Positions 54,110-59,697 of a stretch of DNA of 59,697 bases are shown in pieces. Positions within the stretch are counted from its first letter, which is position 1. The number at the start of each line of letters is the position of its first letter. The translations under genes and the position numbers were made by a program. The notes beneath the pieces were generated by a model, which saw nothing but the letters and a program-made list of their open reading frames with translations, was not told the DNA's origin and ran no database searches. The stretch is from IMG/VR virus record IMGVR_UViG_3300034414_000011, positions 1 to 59,697 of that record, one strand, 5' to 3'. This DNA comes from a virus (lineage: Duplodnaviria; Caudoviricetes).

Positions 54110-54562
54110 TTATGCCCTCCCTTCCTGTCTCTGCTCAACGAACGCTCCGTCGAAGAACCGCGAATAGATCACGTTGTTGGGTCCGCTGGTGGTAACTTGC
54201 GTCTCCCCGAATACCGGCTTGCCTTCGGCGTCCCTGTCGTACTCGATGTACGCCATGATCTGCCCAAGTGGGCATGCACCCATAACCGTGATAACCTCTC
54301 CAATCCGCTTGCCCTGGTCGTTCGGGTCTTTTCTCCAACCGTCCGTGACCATGTAAGCCGTGTCTGCCTTCAATGCCTTGATTGCCTTCGGTATGGCAAC
54401 CTCCAGAAATGCCTTGTCTTCATCGCCTGACATTTGCAGGGTGGTGATGTGCGGCTCCCCTGCAACCTCCAGAATCAAGGCCGGTGCTACTTCCTGCCCC
54501 TGCTCGATAAAACTCTTTGCTGTCTCCGCAAAATGCCTCGCCTTCTTCTCCATGTCTTCCAT
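54110..54562 (-). CDS. Hypothetical early protein
   Basis: GGAGG RBS; TAATG coupling. Confidence 0.6.
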   Translation of the reverse strand: MEDMEKKARHFAETAKSFIEQGQEVAPALILEVAGEPHITTLQMSGDEDKAFLEVAIPKAIKALKADTAYMVTDGWRKDPNDQGKRIGEVITVMGACPLGQIMAYIEYDRDAEGKPVFGETQVTTSGPNNVIYSRFFDGAFVEQRQEGRA

Positions 54563-54693
54563 TAGTCCACCTCCATTTTCTCTGTGTAGTAGGGTTCAAC
54601 GGTCTGGTAACACTTCGGGCAATGGTCGGTCATTGCCTCGCTACAAACGTCTGTCCACATTTCTCCGCAATGCGAGTAGTAGTTGATGGTCAT
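54562..54693 (-). CDS. Small Zn-ribbon protein
   Basis: HCG..W.D......D.CP.C...VEPY. Confidence 0.5.
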   Translation of the reverse strand: MTINYYSHCGEMWTDVCSEAMTDHCPKCYQTVEPYYTEKMEVD

Positions 54694-54776
54694 GTAGCGC
54701 CCCCTTTTTCTTGGTGTGATTGACTGCTCAATGAAAAGGCCATGCGTTAACATGGCCCTTCGATCAGCTTTCAATC

Positions 54777-55136
54777 CTATGCGTTACCGGCCATCTTGAC
54801 GTTCGGCGTCGGGGTGTCTTTCGACGCTTCATCCGGCGTAATACCTGCTTCGGCCATGACTCTTTCGATTTCTTCTTCCGGCACCCTCTTTGTTGATTCC
54901 ATGAGAAGCATGATGGAGCCACCAACAATGCCTTCTCCCATGAGCTTGAGACCTTTCTTTGCCGCGTCCGTGTCTCCATGGTCGATCAGGTTGCTAATTA
55001 TCGAGCAGGTAATCTCGACCTTCTTCACCAAGTCGATATAGCCCTTGATGATCTTCATTGCCTGTTCGGGGCTTTCCAGTGCCAGACCAATGATCTTTGC
55101 CCCTGCTTCTGCGTTTCCTTTTACTGTGTCGCTCAT
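54777..55136 (-). CDS. Hypothetical protein
   Basis: AAGGAG RBS before ATG 55136. Confidence 0.55.
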   Translation of the reverse strand: MSDTVKGNAEAGAKIIGLALESPEQAMKIIKGYIDLVKKVEITCSIISNLIDHGDTDAAKKGLKLMGEGIVGGSIMLLMESTKRVPEEEIERVMAEAGITPDEASKDTPTPNVKMAGNA

Positions 55137-55316
55137 GTCGTTCTCCTTTTCTTTGATGGTTTTACGGATTTCTCCGTTCGTTAAGTCCATTGCCAAGGTA
55201 CGATCTTGGTCCCCGTACCGTGTTAACTCGGCTGTTTCTCCGCTCGTCCCGTAGCTTCCAGAAAACCTCAAGGCCCATGTATGCCCACAATAAGAACCAC
55301 AAGTGATGGACCCCCA

Positions 55317-55622
55317 TTAGAAGCCGCCTGTTCTGCGGTGCCTGATGTTCGGGAAATGCTCTGACTCTTCAGCAAGGATAGAGACCGGCATCTCCCCTAC
55401 ATTTGCCGTGATGATGGTCCCAAGGGACGTTTTACGGAAAGAGACCTGCTTCTTGCTGTCCTTGTGTGCCAAAACAGCAAACGCGACCTCTGCCGCAAAA
55501 ACTCCGCTTCTCTCTGCTTCCAGTACGATCTTTGCGCTTGTGCTTCCGCCGCCCAGGTAAGGATAACTTGGTGGAGCCCACGCCTTGCTTCTTGCTGATT
55601 GGTTGATTGATTGTGCTGTCAT
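55317..55622 (-). CDS. Hypothetical protein
   Basis: GGAGG RBS before ATG 55622. Confidence 0.5.
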   Translation of the reverse strand: MTAQSINQSARSKAWAPPSYPYLGGGSTSAKIVLEAERSGVFAAEVAFAVLAHKDSKKQVSFRKTSLGTIITANVGEMPVSILAEESEHFPNIRHRRTGGF

Positions 55623-55626
55623 GGTG

Positions 55627-56109
55627 TTAATCCTCCATTTGTTTATTTGCTGTGTGTTTCCACTTCCTGCCGTGAACAATGTCCCGTATATACCGATGAC
55701 CCACCCCGTATTTTTTGGATAAATCATTGGCCGTAACGCGGTAAGGTATATACTCGCTCCTGATTTGTTGGACTTGTTCCTCTGTGAGTTTGTTGTTGCG
55801 GTTTTTCGTGCCTTGATTTTTTGACTCCTTGTGTCTGGAGCGTCCTTTTGATATGGCGTCTTGCATGTTGTCTTGGTGGGTTCCAAGGAACAGATGGTCA
55901 GGGTTTATGCACTTTCTGTTGTCGCAACTGTGGCAAACCAGAAGTCCTTTCGGTATTGGACCCTTGTGGACGACATAAGACAATCTGTGAGCGCCCCAAT
56001 TTTTACCTTGGAAAGACAAGCGACCGTAACCGCTACGGTCTATGTCGCCCAACCATTCCCAACAATCCCCATTGATGCAAACTTGTGATTTAAGTTTCTC
56101 CGATGTGAT
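55627..56109 (-). CDS. HNH homing endonuclease with C-terminal HTH (apparent ATC start)
   Basis: CWEW.G....GYG...AHR.SY...G.IP.G..VCH.CDN..C.NPDHL.LGT..DN..D; KLTE.QV..IR. Confidence 0.85.
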   Translation of the reverse strand: MTSEKLKSQVCINGDCWEWLGDIDRSGYGRLSFQGKNWGAHRLSYVVHKGPIPKGLLVCHSCDNRKCINPDHLFLGTHQDNMQDAISKGRSRHKESKNQGTKNRNNKLTEEQVQQIRSEYIPYRVTANDLSKKYGVGHRYIRDIVHGRKWKHTANKQMED

Positions 56110-56197
56110 ATGTGCCTCCCTTGGTTGCGCCGGGAAAATCTTTCCCGGCTCGATCAGAAGTCAAAGTGGCGTGTTAACTTCATTCTAGTTGGTGGAA

Positions 56198-56533
56198 TCA
56201 ATACTCAAAAAGTCCTGCCGCTGTGACGATGTAGTTACCAAGTACCTCGATGTCGTGCCCCTCGAAAATGTCCCTCTTCTGCATTGCCGCTATTTCATCT
56301 TCTGCCGATGGTTTTGACGTTCCAGAAGGGTGGTTATGCGCGAAGATAACCGCGTCCGCCTTTGCTTCTACCGCGTCCGCGATAAGGTCCGTCAGGTTTT
56401 GGGATACCGTGTTGCCGTGTCCCTGCTTCTCGATGGTCTTGATTAACTTGCCTTTCCGGTAAAGGAAGGTGGAAGCTACCTCGTTAGGGTAGCCTCCCAT
56501 CTGTGCCAGTAGTGCGTTAACTTCATTAGTCAT
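56198..56533 (-). CDS. RadC-like JAB domain protein
   Basis: E...AHNHPSG...PS.ED JAB motif. Confidence 0.8.
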   Translation of the reverse strand: MTNEVNALLAQMGGYPNEVASTFLYRKGKLIKTIEKQGHGNTVSQNLTDLIADAVEAKADAVIFAHNHPSGTSKPSAEDEIAAMQKRDIFEGHDIEVLGNYIVTAAGLFEY

Positions 56534-57356
56534 TGTCTTTGCCTCCTAGTAGTTCTTTTGCCATTCTGTTTACCCACTGTGCGGACCCTTCGATTGTGTT
56601 GAAGGTCGTCATGTTTCCGTCATCAATTCCTCTCGGAATGTAGATGATTGTTGTGCCGTCCTCGTCCGTGGAAATAGCTTCTGTTTGGTGTTCCATTCCA
56701 TCGACAGAACTTCCATAATTCCCGCTGTATCGGAATTTCGCCTGTTTCTCTGTTATTGCAAACATGAGACGCCGGTTGTATGAGGGGTGCGCCATGCAAA
56801 AAGCCAGTGCATCAAGGTCTATCGGGCCAAGTCCCATGCGGACAACGTAAGTGCCTGTACTGTTAACTCGGTAAATGTCCAGTTCAACAATGTTGTTCGG
56901 GTCGCTCTGGAGAAGATTCACCAGTGCCACGACTGCCGCTCCCCTGTTCATCAGTTGCTCGACTGTCGTATCTCCGTTTGAGGAAGGGTTAACGTGAATC
57001 CTAAACATTTTCTTGCGCGGCTCCATGTCCTGCTCTAGCCAGCACTCCGGCTCGCCCGTCATGACTGTTCCAATGTCGAAAGAAAGCCCTGTAACGTCCC
57101 AATAGTAATTCGCCGGTTCATACTTCACATGGTTTTCGATGCGTTCCAGCTTGTCGCTCATGTCCTTTACGCCTTCGTGCCAGCCTGTTCTTGCCAGCTT
57201 TGCCGCCTCAGCCCAATCTGCCGTCAGGGTGAAGTGGCGGCCATTGGTTCTTGAGTCGTTATAGCCCCCGTTGTTCTCCCATTCGTCCGTGTCCGTGTAG
57301 GCCAATAACTCGTCCATGTTCCTAAATTCGATGTAGGGTTCAACTCGTTTCAGCAT
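56526..57356 (-). CDS. vWA-like partner of the MoxR AAA ATPase
   Basis: Follows the AAA gene; G...DIG..M.GEPECW, RGAAV..LV..L, AHPS..RR..F. Confidence 0.6.
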   Translation of the reverse strand: MLKRVEPYIEFRNMDELLAYTDTDEWENNGGYNDSRTNGRHFTLTADWAEAAKLARTGWHEGVKDMSDKLERIENHVKYEPANYYWDVTGLSFDIGTVMTGEPECWLEQDMEPRKKMFRIHVNPSSNGDTTVEQLMNRGAAVVALVNLLQSDPNNIVELDIYRVNSTGTYVVRMGLGPIDLDALAFCMAHPSYNRRLMFAITEKQAKFRYSGNYGSSVDGMEHQTEAISTDEDGTTIIYIPRGIDDGNMTTFNTIEGSAQWVNRMAKELLGGKDND

Positions 57357-57438
57357 GGTCATTCCCTCCCTTTCTTGTGAAGTTAACAGCTTCAAGGAAA
57401 GCCTTGAATGTCTTGATTCAAGGCCAACCTTCAGACGG

Positions 57439-58746
57439 TTAACAATGTGCCGTGATCTTTGATCTGATGTCTTGAGAAACGCCTTTCCAGATAACCATTT
57501 CCTCTACTTCGTGCCGTGGAAAGCCTGCCGCTAGTAGCTTTGCCCCTTTGATTGATGCCCTTGGGGAGATAATGATTTCCTGTTTTGTATCCCATGCCGC
57601 TTTCCTGTACCTCTGTACCGTCTTTGCCCATTCGGTATTACCAGCAAGAAATACCTCCAGTTCTTCGTCGTAATCAAAGTCGATAACAGCGAAGCGGTCC
57701 AGCGTGGCTCCGTCCAGCTTGTTTCGTCCTACATACTGCCGATCTGCCCCGCGTCCATAGGTGTTCATTGCCATGACACATACAAAGTCGGCGTTAACTT
57801 CAACCATGCCATCAGGGAAGGGCGCGAAGCCGTTGGAAGTCATAGCGTTCATGATGGTTATGGTGTTCGCGTTCCCTGCGTCCGCTTCGTCCATGAGGAA
57901 AACGCCGCCGTGTTCGATAGCGTCCCGCAACTGTGTCCTGTGGTAATTCCCCGTTGCGTCGATAAAGCCGATAAGATCAGTTTTTGTCGTCTGCTGACCC
58001 ACCGATATACAGTAGAAGTTTAAGCCGTTCGCCTCTGCCGCCGCGTGTACTGCATGCGTCTTGCCGCTCCCTGCCGGTCCAACAAGGGAGAAGTTTTCCC
58101 TTGCCATTACCAGCTTCACCAGCTTTTCAAACAGGTAGTGTTGCCGCCCCATGTCCTTGACTTCGCCGGTAGGTAGTTCAACCTTGATAACCTTCGCCGC
58201 CTTCTGTATCTCTTCCTTGATGATGTCCTCAATCAAATCGGGGTCCGGTAAAAGGTTAAGGTATGGAGAAATCATCATCGCCATCATCTGACCGAAAGCA
58301 TCTGCTCCAGCACTTCCCGGCGTAGGCATTGCCACTGGACCCGCGTTAACTTCTGCCCATGTACCGTTCATGAGGTATTCCGCTATCTGGTCCCGGCTCC
58401 ACTTCGTTCTCAAGTCCGTTGTGGGCCTGCCTTCTGCCTTGGCTTTCTCGGCTCCCCGCTTCCTCAACTCCTGCATGGACAGTTCTTTGATTTCTTCTGC
58501 GCTCATTTCTTCCCCCTCGCTGTTATCGTTCGGTTCCGTGTTAACTTCTGGAATTACCGTAAACTCTCTGATTGCCCTGTCTTTCAACTCCGCGTCATTG
58601 CCGTAAAACTTCGTGCCGTCGCTGTTGCCAAACTTCGATGGTTTCAGTCCGACAGAACGGAGCCAGAACTTTTCGTGTTCTGTTTCAGCATCGAATACCC
58701 AATAGACCTTGCCGGTCTTTCGCTTCCTGTGCTCTGTGATCTTCAT
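57439..58746 (-). CDS. MoxR/CbbQ/CobS-like AAA+ ATPase
   Basis: GPAGSGKT, FLMDEAD, MNTYG.G...YVGRN.LD.ATLDRF, SPRA. Confidence 0.88.
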   Translation of the reverse strand: MKITEHRKRKTGKVYWVFDAETEHEKFWLRSVGLKPSKFGNSDGTKFYGNDAELKDRAIREFTVIPEVNTEPNDNSEGEEMSAEEIKELSMQELRKRGAEKAKAEGRPTTDLRTKWSRDQIAEYLMNGTWAEVNAGPVAMPTPGSAGADAFGQMMAMMISPYLNLLPDPDLIEDIIKEEIQKAAKVIKVELPTGEVKDMGRQHYLFEKLVKLVMARENFSLVGPAGSGKTHAVHAAAEANGLNFYCISVGQQTTKTDLIGFIDATGNYHRTQLRDAIEHGGVFLMDEADAGNANTITIMNAMTSNGFAPFPDGMVEVNADFVCVMAMNTYGRGADRQYVGRNKLDGATLDRFAVIDFDYDEELEVFLAGNTEWAKTVQRYRKAAWDTKQEIIISPRASIKGAKLLAAGFPRHEVEEMVIWKGVSQDIRSKITAHC

Positions 58747-59128
58747 AGTTGCGCCCTCCTTTCATTCTAGTTTGTTGAAGTTAACAGCCTCAAGAATCCC
58801 CATGAATAGGTCCATGGGGAGAGTTCAAGCGGTTAACCAGTTTACCTTGGCGCTTCACTCATCAAGTTGCTTCGCGCCTTTCGACAGGAGGGAGACATCT
58901 TCCCCGTTGTTCCCGAATCGTGCTCTGGCCTGCGTTAACTCTGCTTTTCTTGTCGTTTTCCTTCTGTTCCCGCTAGTAGCGCCAGTTTACTCCGTCGAGT
59001 CCAATCCTTTTGCATCCCGTCTCGGTCTGGAGATCTTCCTACTTGCCCCTCTCCAGTTATGTTTCATCTCGGCCTTTCGCCTTTCCTTCCCCTCCGTTTG
59101 CCTTCTATTCAGTTGTTCCCGCAATTCT

Positions 59129-59172
59129 ACTTTATCGAATGTCTGACACCGTGTCAACAACTTTGTCTGACA
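59129..59172 (-). promoter_or_regulatory. Leftward early promoter flanked by two TGTCnGACA operator-like palindromes
   Basis: Minus-strand TTGACA (59152-59157), 17 nt, TAAAGT; TGTCTGACA at 59140-59148 and 59164-59172. Confidence 0.6.
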
Positions 59173-59697
59173 TTATTTTCAATCAAGTGGAATTACCGCG
59201 TAAATACTGGCTTTCTCCCTACCTATCTAGGAAAACCTTAAAACAGGTATACATAGGAGAACCTTACCCTATATATAGGTATACTTGTCTTTCAACCTCT
59301 ATATGGGAGTTACCTGCTAGGGAAAACAATATGGGAATACTGTATGGGGAAAGAGGAGGATGACCGGCGCGTTTCCCACAAAATCTGCCGAATCAATCCG
59401 TCTACGCGGATATATCATCTGGACCATTCATCCGTTTAAGCGGATATAACGACAAAGCCGCGTAATCATTGGAGTTATCACAAGTTAACTCGATGGTCTA
59501 GGCCATGGTTCGAGGGTGCCAGGGTACCATATTGGATACCATTTCCCGGCTCGCTCTATGCAAAGCCTTGATGTATCTACGTTTCCAACCGAAGGGCAAT
59601 GGTTGGTCAAACCTTTACCCATCTATCCCCCTCCCTCGGCCCTCCCTTTGCCGCGTTACTTCCTTCGGTGCCAGCCAGGTGCCCCGGACCACCCCCA

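Noticed and set aside
59571-59697. 127-bp terminal repeat as a biological direct terminal repeat
   Set aside because: The length equals a common assembler k-mer; better explained as circular overlap unless read data show fixed ends
1-59697. Alternative genetic code or stop-codon reassignment
   Set aside because: Conserved genes are full length under the standard code with all three stops in use; no suppressor tRNA

Overview
The window is an apparently complete, circularly permuted temperate phage genome of about 59,570 bp; bases 1-127 repeat at 59571-59697, most likely an assembly overlap. The architecture is podovirus-like: terminase, portal, scaffold, capsid, adaptor/stabilisation, fibre-like and ejection genes, and no tape measure or sheath. 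It also carries a 3812-aa polyvalent virion protein (PPase-like, N6-adenine MTase, Strawberry-notch helicase, zincin and LPD38-like parts), a GH108 lysis cassette, a tyrosine integrase with a tRNA-Cys attP, YqaJ/RecT/SSB, an initiator plus primase-helicase, HU, ThyX and a leftward early operon (MoxR AAA, partner, JAB/RadC, HNH). Three signals stand out. (1) A DIP1984-like helical protein gene is followed by a ~340-nt multi-helix non-coding RNA containing a degenerate tRNA-Lys and an ~8-nt-periodic CAAG array, a candidate new RNA-protein system. (2) The palindrome GTTAAC occurs about 100 times by manual count, roughly 8-fold over a rough composition estimate and spread along the whole genome. 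(3) Two genes are nested inside the giant virion gene: an antisense HNH endonuclease and an overprinted acidic ORF. All family calls come from motif recognition by eye, with no database searches.
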